Assembly (NCBI GenBank): GCA_039680575.1
Contig: JBDKSP010000046.1
Span: forward strand, 1 to 54,263
Length of the DNA: 54,263 bases
DNA from: Armatimonadota bacterium
GTDB lineage: Bacteria > Armatimonadota > UBA5829 > DTLH01
Reading direction: 5' to 3'
The position numbers were made by a program, and so were the translations under genes. Shown here one piece after another: positions 19,000 to 28,814 of this stretch (positions are counted from its first letter, which is position 1; each line of letters begins with the position of its first letter). The notes under the pieces were generated by a model. That model was not told where the DNA came from. It was given only the letters and a program-made list of their open reading frames with translations, and searched no databases.

Positions 19000-21532
19000 A
19001 CTAGCCCTGGTGGTCCTGATCGGCCCATCGGGTTGTGGAAAATCGAGCTTTGCGCGGTCGCACTTCGAACCAACGGAGGTTCTATCCTCGGACTTCTGCC
19101 GGGCGCTGGTTTCTGATGATGAGAATGATCAAGCGGCCACAAAGGATGCGTTCGAGATATTACACTTCGTCGCGGCTAAACGGCTTGCGGCCGGGAAGCT
19201 GACGGTGGTGGACGCGACAAATGTTCAGCCGGAGGCACGGAAGCCCCTGGTTGCGCTCGCGCGGGAGTATCATTGCCTGCCGGTGGCGATGGTCCTCAAC
19301 ATCAATGAGAAAATCTGTCACGAGCGGAATCGAGAGCGCCCCGACCGCGACTTCGGCCCGCACGTCATTCGCCAGCAGAGCGCGCAGTTAAAGAGATCGC
19401 TGGGGAATCTCAAGCGAGAGGGATTCAGGCACATATTTGAGCTGAAGACGCCCGAGGAAGTGGCCGAAGTCGAGATAGAGCGCCAGCCACTCTGGAATAA
19501 CAAGCGGGACGAGCATGGGCCGTTTGATATCATTGGCGACGTCCACGGTTGCTTTGATGAACTCTGCACACTCCTTGCCGATCTTGGTTATGAGGTTTCG
19601 GAGAATTTGGCAAGGCATCCGGATGGGCGAAAGCTCGTGTTCCTTGGCGACATTGTGGACCGGGGGCCGGGGATAGTTGAGACGCTGAGGCTGGTGATGG
19701 CGTCGGTCGAGGCGGGGACGGCGCTTTGCGTCCCCGGAAACCACGACATGAAGCTCCAGCGGAAGCTTCTCGGCAAAGACGTGCAGATCACTCACGGCCT
19801 GGCTGATTCCCTGGCGCAGCTCGAGAACGAAACTGATGAGTTTCGGGAGAGAGTTCGACTATTCCTGGACGGCTTGGTTAGCCACTATGTCCTTGACGAC
19901 GGCAAGCTCGTGGTGGCGCACGCCGGTTTGAAAGAGTCGATGCAGGGGCGCGGTTCGGGCAAGGTCCGCGACTTCGCCCTATACGGTGAGACCACTGGTG
20001 AGACTGACGAGTTCGGCCTCCCGGTGCGCTACAACTGGGCAGCGGAGTATCGGGGCAAAGCTACCGTCGTCTACGGCCATACACCCGTCCCCGAAGCTGA
20101 CTGGCTGAACCGCACCATCAACATCGACACCGGATGCATATTCGGAGGCAATCTTACGGCGCTGCGTTACCCGGAGAAGGAGATTGTCTCGGTTCCGGCC
20201 AGCAAGGTCTACGCTGAACCCGCCAGACCGTTCGAGCCGAACGAAGATGCGCAAGCGCTCACCGCTCAGCAGGAGCATGATGACGTCCTTGACATAGATG
20301 ATGTTATCGGCAAGCGTATCGTATCGACTAGGCTGAACCGTACCGTCACCATTCGGGAAGAGAACGCCACCGCCGCACTTGAAGTGATGAGCCGGTTCGC
20401 AGCAAATCACAGGTGGCTGATCTACCTGCCACCGACGATGTCACCGTGCGAGACAAGTCGCAGACCCGATCTGCTGGAGCACCCCGAAGAGGCGTTTTCA
20501 TACTACCGACACGAGGGAGTATCGCGTGTGGTCTGTGAGCAGAAGCATATGGGCTCGCGCGCGGTTGTGATAGCATGCCGTGATGAAGATGCTGCCCGAA
20601 AGCGCTTTGGCGTCGTCAACGAAGGCATCGGAATATGTTACACCCGCACGGGCCGCCGGTTCTTTAACGAGCCAGAACTTGAGGTTCAAATGCTGGAGAT
20701 GGTCCGATCAGCACTGGATAAGTCCGGGTTCTGGGATGAGTTTGCCACCGACTGGGTCTGCCTGGACTGCGAGCTCATGCCATGGTCGGCGAAGGCTCAA
20801 GAACTGCTGAAGTCGCAATACTCGGCTGTCGGCGCGGCATCGCGGGCATCGTTGGGTGAGGCTGTCACGGTTCTGGAAACTGCTGCGAATAGCGGCGCCG
20901 AAGTCTCGGAACTGCTTGGCCGCTTCCGCAGTCGAAGAGATATGGTCGGTCAGTACGTAGACGCTTATCGACAATACTGCTGGCCGGTTTCGAGCATTGA
21001 GGACTACAAACTCGCGCCGTTCCACATCCTGGCGACGGACAGCGGTGTGCACGTGGACAAGGATCATGTGTGGCACATGGAGACGCTGGCGAAAGTATGC
21101 CGCGTACTCGACGACTGCAATTCCCTGCTTCTTGCCACACCCTACAAGGTGGTGGATGTAACCGATCCTGCAAGCCAGGAAGAGTGCGTCCGCTGGTGGC
21201 AGGAACTTACAGGCTCCGGCGGAGAGGGAATGGTCGTCAAACCGATGGATTTCGTCACTCGCGGACGAAAAGGGCTTTTGCAGCCGGCAGTAAAATGCCG
21301 GGGTCGGGAATACCTGCGCATTATCTACGGGCCGGAATACACGGTGCCTGAGAACCTGGAGCGTCTGCGCTCACGTGCCTTGGCTGGCAAGCGATCTCTG
21401 GCAATTCGGGAGTTCGCGCTCGGAATTGAGGGGCTTGAGCGGTTTGTCCGCAAGGAGCCACTCAGGCGAGTACACGAGTGCGTCTTCGGCGTCCTTGCGC
21501 TCGAGAGCGAGCCGGTGGATCCGAGGCTGTAA
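18980..21532 (+). CDS. pnkp: Polynucleotide kinase-phosphatase-ligase (bacterial Pnkp)
   Basis: Kinase GPSGCGKS and VDATN. Metallophosphoesterase DVHG, GDIVDRG, GNHD. Ligase motif I EQKHMGSR and EGMVVK. C-terminal LESEPVDPRL. Start moved to ATG 18980 after GAGG. Confidence 0.95.
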   Translation: MKLTIPELALVVLIGPSGCGKSSFARSHFEPTEVLSSDFCRALVSDDENDQAATKDAFEILHFVAAKRLAAGKLTVVDATNVQPEARKPLVALAREYHCLPVAMVLNINEKICHERNRERPDRDFGPHVIRQQSAQLKRSLGNLKREGFRHIFELKTPEEVAEVEIERQPLWNNKRDEHGPFDIIGDVHGCFDELCTLLADLGYEVSENLARHPDGRKLVFLGDIVDRGPGIVETLRLVMASVEAGTALCVPGNHDMKLQRKLLGKDVQITHGLADSLAQLENETDEFRERVRLFLDGLVSHYVLDDGKLVVAHAGLKESMQGRGSGKVRDFALYGETTGETDEFGLPVRYNWAAEYRGKATVVYGHTPVPEADWLNRTINIDTGCIFGGNLTALRYPEKEIVSVPASKVYAEPARPFEPNEDAQALTAQQEHDDVLDIDDVIGKRIVSTRLNRTVTIREENATAALEVMSRFAANHRWLIYLPPTMSPCETSRRPDLLEHPEEAFSYYRHEGVSRVVCEQKHMGSRAVVIACRDEDAARKRFGVVNEGIGICYTRTGRRFFNEPELEVQMLEMVRSALDKSGFWDEFATDWVCLDCELMPWSAKAQELLKSQYSAVGAASRASLGEAVTVLETAANSGAEVSELLGRFRSRRDMVGQYVDAYRQYCWPVSSIEDYKLAPFHILATDSGVHVDKDHVWHMETLAKVCRVLDDCNSLLLATPYKVVDVTDPASQEECVRWWQELTGSGGEGMVVKPMDFVTRGRKGLLQPAVKCRGREYLRIIYGPEYTVPENLERLRSRALAGKRSLAIREFALGIEGLERFVRKEPLRRVHECVFGVLALESEPVDPRL

Positions 21533-22632
21533 CACATTCCGAGGAGGGGTACTAAACATCGGCAAAGAGACAGATTCATGCTTGGGACTGCTGAACGGAG
21601 GCTACAAACGACGAAAGCGGAAGACCACCACAGAGATAGTTTTCCGCTTTACATTTGGTAGGGGACTTTGTTCTGGTCCAAAACAACCAAACATCTGTTT
21701 CTTGCAAAGTGGTCTCCAGCGTGAAGCCACCTGAAATCTCGAACCCTCGATTCCATTATTGCAGCCGCTCGCCCCGTCTTCCGAGTTCAAAAGCGGGGCG
21801 ATTATGGCATTATCGAATTTCCGTTCGTCTGAAAGTGAAGGGGACTTTGCAGTCGCTCAGACTTGCAATGACTGTGGGACGTTGCCACAGGAACTCAGCG
21901 ATCCTGATGCAGGCTTGAGCATTGGGACGTGGTGGGCCAGGGAACCACTAGCGAAACCTCCAACTCGGCTTAAGAACTGGGCGGTGTTATCGGAAGCTCT
22001 GAATTGAACCGCTTGTATTCGCTGCCGCTGCCCGTGCCCCTCCGTTCTCAAGATGACATCAACCTGAACTCGAAATGTTCGCTGGTGATGAGCTTGCGCA
22101 GCCCGAACGTAATGTCTTTGCTGGCAACCAGATGGTTTGGTGGGCCAAGAAACCTCTGGCAAAAACTAAGAGCGATCTTCGGACGTGGGATATTGGACAG
22201 CAGAAACCACGGAGCTGAAAAGTCGTCATCCGAGACAGAGACGCGTGGACTCTCGACCACAAAAAGTGACGGCGGTTCTCTCTCAAGTCCAAAGGAACCG
22301 CCCATCACTTCGTACCGCCCCGGTAACCACAAGTCACGTTCTGCGATCCTCCGCTTGCCGTGTTTCATATCCACATGCCATTTTCGGAGATGGTGATTGC
22401 GGCGACTCTGAACCGGCGGTTTGTGCCTAGTCCGCCATTGGGCACACCTGAAGTCCACCCAGAATATGCACGTCCGAGCGGGAGCCATAACCATCACGAT
22501 AGCGCATTGCGGTTGTGCCATCTGCCGAACTGGGGAATCGCATTGCACCGGCAAGTATGTCAGGCACATGACAGCGCTTGAAATGCACCTTCTCCCAGAC
22601 GACTTCCTCAGACCTTGTTCTCCGTAGGATTC

Positions 22633-22911
22633 TATGCCCAGACCTTACTCTGGAGTAGTTCCACTTTTCCGTAGCGCGATGACTACGAAGGTCCGCAGCA
22701 TAGTTCATGCAACCGCTTCTTCCCTGTCTCTACAATGGAGTTGATGGTCAGTAATGACAGGTGTCGGAGGCGGATTATGCCCGGACCTTACTCTGGAGTA
22801 GTTCCACTTTTTCGTAGTGCGATGGCTACGAAGGTCCGCAGTATAGTTCATGCATCTGCTTCTTCCCTGTCTCTACAATGGAGTTGATGGTCAGTACTGA
22901 CAGCTGTCGGA
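22633..22911. repeat. Tandem direct repeat, two 136-bp units at a 143-bp period, with internal inverted repeats
   Basis: Unit 1 is 22633-22768 and unit 2 is 22776-22911 (TATGCCCRGACCTTACTCTGGAGTAGTTCCAC...GTCAGTAMTGACAGSTGTCGGA), differing only by scattered substitutions. Confidence 0.95.
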
Positions 22912-23002
22912 CGTAGATTGCGCCGTGGCAGGGCCAGGCTCGACGTTAGTCACTAAGGTCACTTTCTCGGTCGGCGGGAGTACCCGCAAGGAGGTTGCAA
23001 AA

Positions 23003-23611
23003 ATGTCTCTTTCTTTGTTCTCTGCGGTCAAAGTAGTTCGCGCCATCATCGGTGCCAGGCCTTCGCTAAGGCCTGGTGTGCGCAATGTAGCGGTGATCGC
23101 TGATCTCGACAATATCTCGATCAGCCTTGCCGAGTACGGAAAACGACCTGACTGGCATGCTCTTCATGACTTCGCTTCAAGAAAGGGCAAGGTTGTGGCT
23201 GCTGAGGCTTTCGGCGAGACTCGATCTACTGCTGGATACCAGTCATTCGTCGGTGCACTTACGAAGATGGGCTACAAGGTACACCTTTCACCGGCCACCG
23301 AAGGTTACCATTTTCGCAAGGCTGCGCCGGTAGACCACAGCCTCGTCGCCAGGACAATGGCTCTTCTGCTCGACTACCAAATCGACGAAATACTGATCTC
23401 TAGCGGGGATGCCGATTTCCTACCGCTCATTGCTGAACTTCGTAGTCGCGGGGTCGTCGTCACTCTGGTCGCGCCGGACGGGTGCACCAGTCGCAAGCTT
23501 GCAGCAGCGGCCGACGAAGTCGTGTCTTTCACTCAGGTCGGGACCACCCGGCTTAATTCGACTGTTCTGATGAACAGGCGTCCGGCAGTAGCTTCTGCCC
23601 AGGCGCATTAG
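23003..23611 (+). CDS. NYN domain (LabA/DUF88, PIN-fold) putative ribonuclease
   Basis: VAVIADLDNI, KAAPVD, ISSGDADFLPL...RGVVVTLV, LAAAADEVV. The conserved acidic residues are present. ATG 23003 follows AAGGAGG. Confidence 0.85.
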   Translation: MSLSLFSAVKVVRAIIGARPSLRPGVRNVAVIADLDNISISLAEYGKRPDWHALHDFASRKGKVVAAEAFGETRSTAGYQSFVGALTKMGYKVHLSPATEGYHFRKAAPVDHSLVARTMALLLDYQIDEILISSGDADFLPLIAELRSRGVVVTLVAPDGCTSRKLAAAADEVVSFTQVGTTRLNSTVLMNRRPAVASAQAH

Positions 23612-23614
23612 GAG

Positions 23615-23848
23615 GTGAATGTCTTGATCAGCGGCATTGACGAGATGATGGGATTTGTCAGCGGCCACAAAGCGAGGCATTACCGACTGGTCTCAGCACT
23701 AGTAGGCACACTCGCCGTAGTGACCCAGGTGTGTACCGTAGCGCTTCACAGTGTTGCGCTCGCGGCGACTGCCTTCGCTCTCCTTGCCTGGTCGTCTTGG
23801 CACAGGCATGCCCGGTTCATGATCCGATACTTCTTGCGGTGCAAATGA
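23615..23848 (+). CDS. Small membrane protein
   Basis: Hydrophobic stretch LVSALVGTLAVVTQVCTVALHSVALAATAFALLAW. GGAGG right after the NYN stop suggests TTG 23624 may be the true start. Confidence 0.5.
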   Translation: MNVLISGIDEMMGFVSGHKARHYRLVSALVGTLAVVTQVCTVALHSVALAATAFALLAWSSWHRHARFMIRYFLRCK

Positions 23849-23960
23849 GCAAGGACACGGCCGTACTGGGTACCACCCGATGTGGTTCCCAGAAACGGAC
23901 TGCAGTCGCATCCGCAACACGCTATCACACAGATCGCCTTTGATGTTGGAGGATGGAAAG

Positions 23961-24965
23961 ATGAAACGTTTCGCTAGACTGATCCTTATTCTTCTTGCGT
24001 TCACTGGGGCCATTATCGCAGCCGTCGGAAAGCCCATCTGTGTATGGGCAACCCGTCACGCAGTAGGCGAACTCCCCGCAGGGAATTTCTCCACGGCGCT
24101 CGTCTGTCTCGACTATTCAGAGGCGCGGACAGATGTTATACGCGTTCTCACAGTCAATCAGGCAACGGGCAAGGCCGCCATGATCAAGATGTATCGTGAC
24201 CTCGAATGGTGGCACAACGGTCGGACCCATCGTCTGAATTCCGCCTGGCAATTCGGGGGCCCTGATGCGACACTTCGTGCCATCAGAGAAGTCTCCGGAC
24301 TGACAGTAGATCATATCATCGTTCTGCGCATAAAGGACGCAGAGAAGATGGTTGACTCCTTGGGTGGATTGACAATGGATCTGCCGTCGATATCCTGGAA
24401 GGGCTGGACTTATCGCTCAGGCGTTCAGGCTTTTTCGGGTGACGATGTCGTGAAGATCTTCCGGACGCGCCATGGCATCGATGGAGGTGACGGGAGCGAT
24501 ATCGGACGAACCGCACTGCAGGACCGGGTTCTTGCATGTTTGTTAGTCCGCCTGCGCTCTCTCTCTCCCATAGAGATGCGCAGGGTGGCTGGCGTTATTT
24601 CAGGTGTTCAGAGCGACCTCAGCCAGCGCAGGCGACTGCAGCTGGCTTTGGCCTTGAAAGATGCCAGTATGCGCCAGTTCGCTATTCCCTACACCGTAGC
24701 GGGTCCCCGGCTTCAGGCAGTGGACGATTGTCTGTCCCTGTGGCGCGAGCACATCGCAGCATGGCTGGCTGCCCCCGGCGACATAGAGCCTGTGGTCACT
24801 GTCCACGACCCAGACGTAGTCCGACCACGAGTGCTGCTTCCACACCCAGCGACCGAGAAACAGAAAGAGCTTGCCTCCTATCTGGGCAGACACAACTCTG
24901 CCGCCGTCGTAGCCGATGTGAGTGTCCCGGGCGTCACCCTCGTAGAGAAGGAGATAAGCAGATGA
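23961..24965 (+). CDS. LytR-CpsA-Psr (LCP) family phosphotransferase
   Basis: N-terminal TM helix. RTDVIRV, MYRDL, RLNSAWQFGG, FRTRH...SDIGRTALQ (LCP Arg/Asp motifs). ATG 23961 follows GGAGG. Confidence 0.85.
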   Translation: MKRFARLILILLAFTGAIIAAVGKPICVWATRHAVGELPAGNFSTALVCLDYSEARTDVIRVLTVNQATGKAAMIKMYRDLEWWHNGRTHRLNSAWQFGGPDATLRAIREVSGLTVDHIIVLRIKDAEKMVDSLGGLTMDLPSISWKGWTYRSGVQAFSGDDVVKIFRTRHGIDGGDGSDIGRTALQDRVLACLLVRLRSLSPIEMRRVAGVISGVQSDLSQRRRLQLALALKDASMRQFAIPYTVAGPRLQAVDDCLSLWREHIAAWLAAPGDIEPVVTVHDPDVVRPRVLLPHPATEKQKELASYLGRHNSAAVVADVSVPGVTLVEKEISR

Positions 24966-26074
24966 AAGCCATCGTCTTGATCGTTATAGTCGCAGTCCTG
25001 GCTTCTGCTTCGGCGGCGGCTGCCGAAGGTGTCTTCGTTCTATTTGTGCTCGACACCTCTGGCAGCATGACGAAGCAGATGCAGGCAGTAGCTTCCGCAC
25101 AAGCGGCACAGGTAAAGCTGGCAGCGCGCCCCGGTGACTTTGTGGGCCGGATTGTATTCAGCGACTACAGTCGGAAGGATCTGCTGGCTGAGATTCGCAC
25201 GGGAGCCGATGTTGTGAACGCGGCTGAGGTACTGGCGTCCGCTCCGTCGTCCATATCTGGATGGACATACATAAGCCATGGACTTACTTCGGCATTCGAT
25301 TTGTGGAAGGCACGCGCTGGTGGCCGTCGAACACTTGTATTCCTTGTTACAGACGGTATTCCTGCCACTCCGCCTGCAAGTCTTTCAGCCGAAGTTGAGG
25401 CACTAAAAGCACAGTCGGTAAGGTGGAAATCGGCTCCGGGGTGCAAGATCTTCCTGGTTGCGATTGGTCGCCCTGACAATGCACAGGCTATCAAGCGTCT
25501 GAGCGAACAGCTGGGTGCGCAGGTGGTCACACCCGATGCATTGGCTTCAACAAACATGATCGCTCGCGAATTGCGTGAAGCCCGGCCTATTACATCTACG
25601 GCACAAAAACCTCGTTCTCGTGGCAAAAATGCTTATCTACCCCTAGCGGCAATCGCCGCCGGTCTGCTTGCCGCATGTATCGTTATCGGCAGAGTCTATG
25701 TCCGGCCAAAGAACAGGGCCAACCCCAATGAGTTCTCTGAAGAAGGACCGGAGGATGATACCTGGACGGGAATTGTCCGTGTAGTTGCAACCGTGGACGG
25801 GGAACCCGAGGTGATCCGGCTCTTCATGCCGAACGATGACTGCCCCGAAGGTCGAGTGAGCTTCGGTCCTTTCGGTTGCCACATCAGTCTACCGGATGCT
25901 CAGTTCAACTTGGCCTTAAGTAGTTCCGCGACGGCGGTGGAATTGCCAGTAGGCGAGTCTGTGACCGTCAATGGCATCATCCGCACTGGCGGTGAATTCG
26001 CTATCGGTGAATCTTCGGAAATAATCGCTGGCAGCGCACACGTGATCATTGACCTGAAGAAGGGGAGGAACTGA
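24962..26074 (+). CDS. Exported vWA-domain protein with TM helix and C-terminal FHA-like beta domain
   Basis: True start is ATG 24962 (ATGA overlap with the LCP stop). Signal peptide, MIDAS DTSGSM, GWTYI, LVTDG, TM LPLAAIAAGLLAACIVI, C-terminal VTVNG...IIAG. Confidence 0.8.
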   Translation: MKAIVLIVIVAVLASASAAAAEGVFVLFVLDTSGSMTKQMQAVASAQAAQVKLAARPGDFVGRIVFSDYSRKDLLAEIRTGADVVNAAEVLASAPSSISGWTYISHGLTSAFDLWKARAGGRRTLVFLVTDGIPATPPASLSAEVEALKAQSVRWKSAPGCKIFLVAIGRPDNAQAIKRLSEQLGAQVVTPDALASTNMIARELREARPITSTAQKPRSRGKNAYLPLAAIAAGLLAACIVIGRVYVRPKNRANPNEFSEEGPEDDTWTGIVRVVATVDGEPEVIRLFMPNDDCPEGRVSFGPFGCHISLPDAQFNLALSSSATAVELPVGESVTVNGIIRTGGEFAIGESSEIIAGSAHVIIDLKKGRN

Positions 26075-26075
26075 A

Positions 26076-28814
26076 ATGGTAAGGAACGTCTACGCTATAC
26101 TCGGTGATGGCGGACTTGGCATCACCGGAATCCGCAACTATGCTCGAGCTGAGATCGCACTTCGCGGCGCTGTGCCGCCGAACGTCTTGTTAGTAGAAGT
26201 CGACCTCTGCAGTTTGACAGGCCGGGATGAGGAGCCCAGCATATCCGGGCTTGTTCCACCGGAGCAGTACCTGGTGCTGCAAGCGCCGGACGTTAACCTA
26301 GGTGCCCGTTGCGCGGCGCTGAGTCCGGAAGACCCCATCCGCAAGTGCATTGACATATCTGCCGTATCCGACATCGGTAACACCGGTACCATCGGCGGCA
26401 ACCAGAGACCCGTCATTCTCCAGTTGGTTGCACTCTTGGAACCGGCATGGTGGGAGTCCGTTGTCGGACACATTGGACAGGCAATTAACCTCCTTGCGGA
26501 GACAAGGGGCTTGTCCCTTGGCACTGTCCACATCAAGATACTGAGGAGCACTCTCGGTACAGTCGGAGCGGGCGGTATGATCTTGACGAGTTCGCTTCAG
26601 GACGGACTCAGGCAGATCAACACTTCGATGATTGACAGTGTTGTTCTACTGGCTGACTACGCCGAGCGGGTTCCAGATCGTCGGCGCGCTCGCGCATCTA
26701 CCGCCGCCGCTCTCGATGAGATCGACCGGCGGGCGAGAGGTATTTTCATCGCGCCCGGCGGTATGTTCAGACCAATCTCCGGCGTGCACGTGCTCTCCGA
26801 GGGCTTCTCCGAAACCGCTATCTTGGAGGAGGACGCCGTGCTTAGCCACCTACTCGTGGCAGGGAAGCTAGAAGGCCCCCTCGTGTCCCCGCTGACTCTG
26901 AGGAACAACACCCGTGATCGCGCCGAGACGGCGACCGCAATGACTGGGCGCATTCTAGTCGCAGATTCCGCTACGCTCCGCCAGCGATCCGGTGCCAGAA
27001 TGGCGGCCCAATCGGCCAATACGTTCGCGAACACCCCCGGTGGTCTTTCGGTGGACGCGCAGGTCGAGGCACTTCTGAGCAGCACCATGAGTAACCCGGG
27101 TGCGCTCATCAACTTGATCGGGCGAAATCTTGGGATCCGCAACGCATCCAAGCGGCTCGTGAACGAGATAGGCCAAGAGGCAGGACGCGCGGCTGATCGT
27201 GAGGTATTCGCGCGTGCTGATGGAATCTTGGACGATGAAGAGCTCAGGACATCGGCGGAGAGCAAGGTCTACGCCTTTACAATGGCGCTGAAAACGACAG
27301 CAGACCAGGCAATGGATAGGTCGCTATCGGGTGCGCTGGAGCTCTTCTCGAGCGGCGTTACCCACTTGCATCGGTACCGTGAAGATCTGTTGCGACTCAA
27401 AGAGACTCGTGAACAGGATGCGGCCACTTGCCGCAACAAGGTCAACGCAGCGGCCGGTCAAGCGGCGGCTGCTGAGGCCACGCGGAGCACTCCTGCGCTC
27501 CGGCAGTCCATCTGGGGCTTCGTCAAGACTGCACTCACGGACGAAAAGCCCGCTGCGCCAACGGCCTCCGATCCTGCAGACCTGAACAATCTTCGGGTCA
27601 GGTATACCTGCGTGTGCGGTGAACTGCAGACAATCGGTGCGCTTACATCGGCTATTGATCACGGGATCAGCGTCGTACGCGCCTATGAGACGGAGATCAG
27701 TGCCCTCCGTGAATTGGTTCTGAGTGCAAGCAGCACATTTGGCCGCATGGACTCTACGCTGGGCCACGAAGCTGTCGAGCGCATACGCAGGTTCGCGGGA
27801 GTGAGTCTGGCGGCAGAAGACGATGTGGTAGATGCACTTGCGAGCGCCCGCCTTGGAGACGGGACTCGTATAGCCACTGAGGCTCTCGCCCGTCTAGGAG
27901 CGACCGAGATTGCCTCAATCAACAGAATTGGCTTGGAGCGGGCTCTGTGGGAAGTTGTAGAGGACTTGCTGGGCCCGGCAGAGACGTTTTCGCTGGACAA
28001 CGTCGTCGGCGAGCTACCACCCGAGATGCTAGACCGTATCGCGCGATCTCTCGTTCCGACGAAGCCTCCAATGACCTTCGATCCAGGTGTGAGTGCACCC
28101 GGCGTGTTCTCGGTAGTTCACGTCGGTCATCCTCGGATGTCCGAGGCGGTTCGTCGCACCAGCTTCGGGCGGAACAGGGTAACGATCTGCCCGGCACCCG
28201 AAGGCAGCGAGTACTTTGCCGTGACCTACACCGGGGTGTTTTCCGTCAAGGACATTGAGTGCTATGGACGCGCCAAAGCCGCCTTTAACGAGGCTGTCGA
28301 GGAGAACTGGGCTGGCCAGATCGTTGACAGGCGCGTGCTCGAGATGCCTGACGACAGCACGGACGACGGCGCGCTTGAGATGCTTATCGCCAAGGCAGTC
28401 CTTGCAGGCTCGCTACAAGCAAGCGCGGCGGGCCGCTGGTACCATGTCGATCCCGGCAGCGGCATCTCTCCCGCAGATCTGGACTCCGCAGCGCTCCACG
28501 CGGCATTCGGCGATTGCCTTGGTTCGGGCATTGCGGAGACTGTTCGGACACTCCGGAGCAAACCATCGCTCCGCAGGGATCTGTCTTCGTCGTGGGATGG
28601 CTACGCCTTGCTCAGGTCGCCGCGACAGATGGTCGAATCCATCGACGCCATGGTGGCTTCGGGAAAGCTCCGCAAACTGAGCGGTTGCTTCAAGAGCATC
28701 AAGTCGGAGTTTCTGAAGGCGCTGCGAGACAGTGTGTTTGATGATGCCTACGTAGAACTCAAGAGAGTTGGGCGCAATGGCAACGGAGCGAAGGAGGAAT
28801 CCTATGTCGCGTAG
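26076..28814 (+). CDS. Divergent tubulin/FtsZ-like (Tubulin_2/FtsZl1-type) domain protein with long helical C-terminus
   Basis: AILGDGGLG (cf. IGLGGTG), LVEVD, GGNQRP (cf. GAGQxR), RSTLGTVGAGG (cf. SLAGGTGSG), followed by coiled coils. Adjacent to a vWA gene, as is typical of this family. Confidence 0.6.
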   Translation: MVRNVYAILGDGGLGITGIRNYARAEIALRGAVPPNVLLVEVDLCSLTGRDEEPSISGLVPPEQYLVLQAPDVNLGARCAALSPEDPIRKCIDISAVSDIGNTGTIGGNQRPVILQLVALLEPAWWESVVGHIGQAINLLAETRGLSLGTVHIKILRSTLGTVGAGGMILTSSLQDGLRQINTSMIDSVVLLADYAERVPDRRRARASTAAALDEIDRRARGIFIAPGGMFRPISGVHVLSEGFSETAILEEDAVLSHLLVAGKLEGPLVSPLTLRNNTRDRAETATAMTGRILVADSATLRQRSGARMAAQSANTFANTPGGLSVDAQVEALLSSTMSNPGALINLIGRNLGIRNASKRLVNEIGQEAGRAADREVFARADGILDDEELRTSAESKVYAFTMALKTTADQAMDRSLSGALELFSSGVTHLHRYREDLLRLKETREQDAATCRNKVNAAAGQAAAAEATRSTPALRQSIWGFVKTALTDEKPAAPTASDPADLNNLRVRYTCVCGELQTIGALTSAIDHGISVVRAYETEISALRELVLSASSTFGRMDSTLGHEAVERIRRFAGVSLAAEDDVVDALASARLGDGTRIATEALARLGATEIASINRIGLERALWEVVEDLLGPAETFSLDNVVGELPPEMLDRIARSLVPTKPPMTFDPGVSAPGVFSVVHVGHPRMSEAVRRTSFGRNRVTICPAPEGSEYFAVTYTGVFSVKDIECYGRAKAAFNEAVEENWAGQIVDRRVLEMPDDSTDDGALEMLIAKAVLAGSLQASAAGRWYHVDPGSGISPADLDSAALHAAFGDCLGSGIAETVRTLRSKPSLRRDLSSSWDGYALLRSPRQMVESIDAMVASGKLRKLSGCFKSIKSEFLKALRDSVFDDAYVELKRVGRNGNGAKEESYVA

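Noticed and set aside
21602..22708. Short ORFs in the pnkp-NYN gap (e.g. 22048-22569 minus, 22004-22396 plus)
   Set aside because: They overlap each other and have no recognisable domains or convincing RBS; not supportable as genes.
22633..22911. CRISPR array interpretation of the tandem repeat
   Set aside because: Only two long units, separated by 7 bp, with no unique spacers and no cas genes.
24536..24961. N-terminal 142 aa of the 512-aa vWA ORF, and similar extensions at 5005, 18935, 22925, 23880, 28768, 30357, 34638, 52654, 53965
   Set aside because: They mostly overlap upstream genes or lack an RBS; downstream ATGs with RBS or coupled overlaps fit better.
26076..28814. Calling the 912-aa protein FtsZ (core division gene)
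   Set aside because: It lacks the GGGTGTG signature and the typical size, and has no ftsA/ftsQ/mur context.
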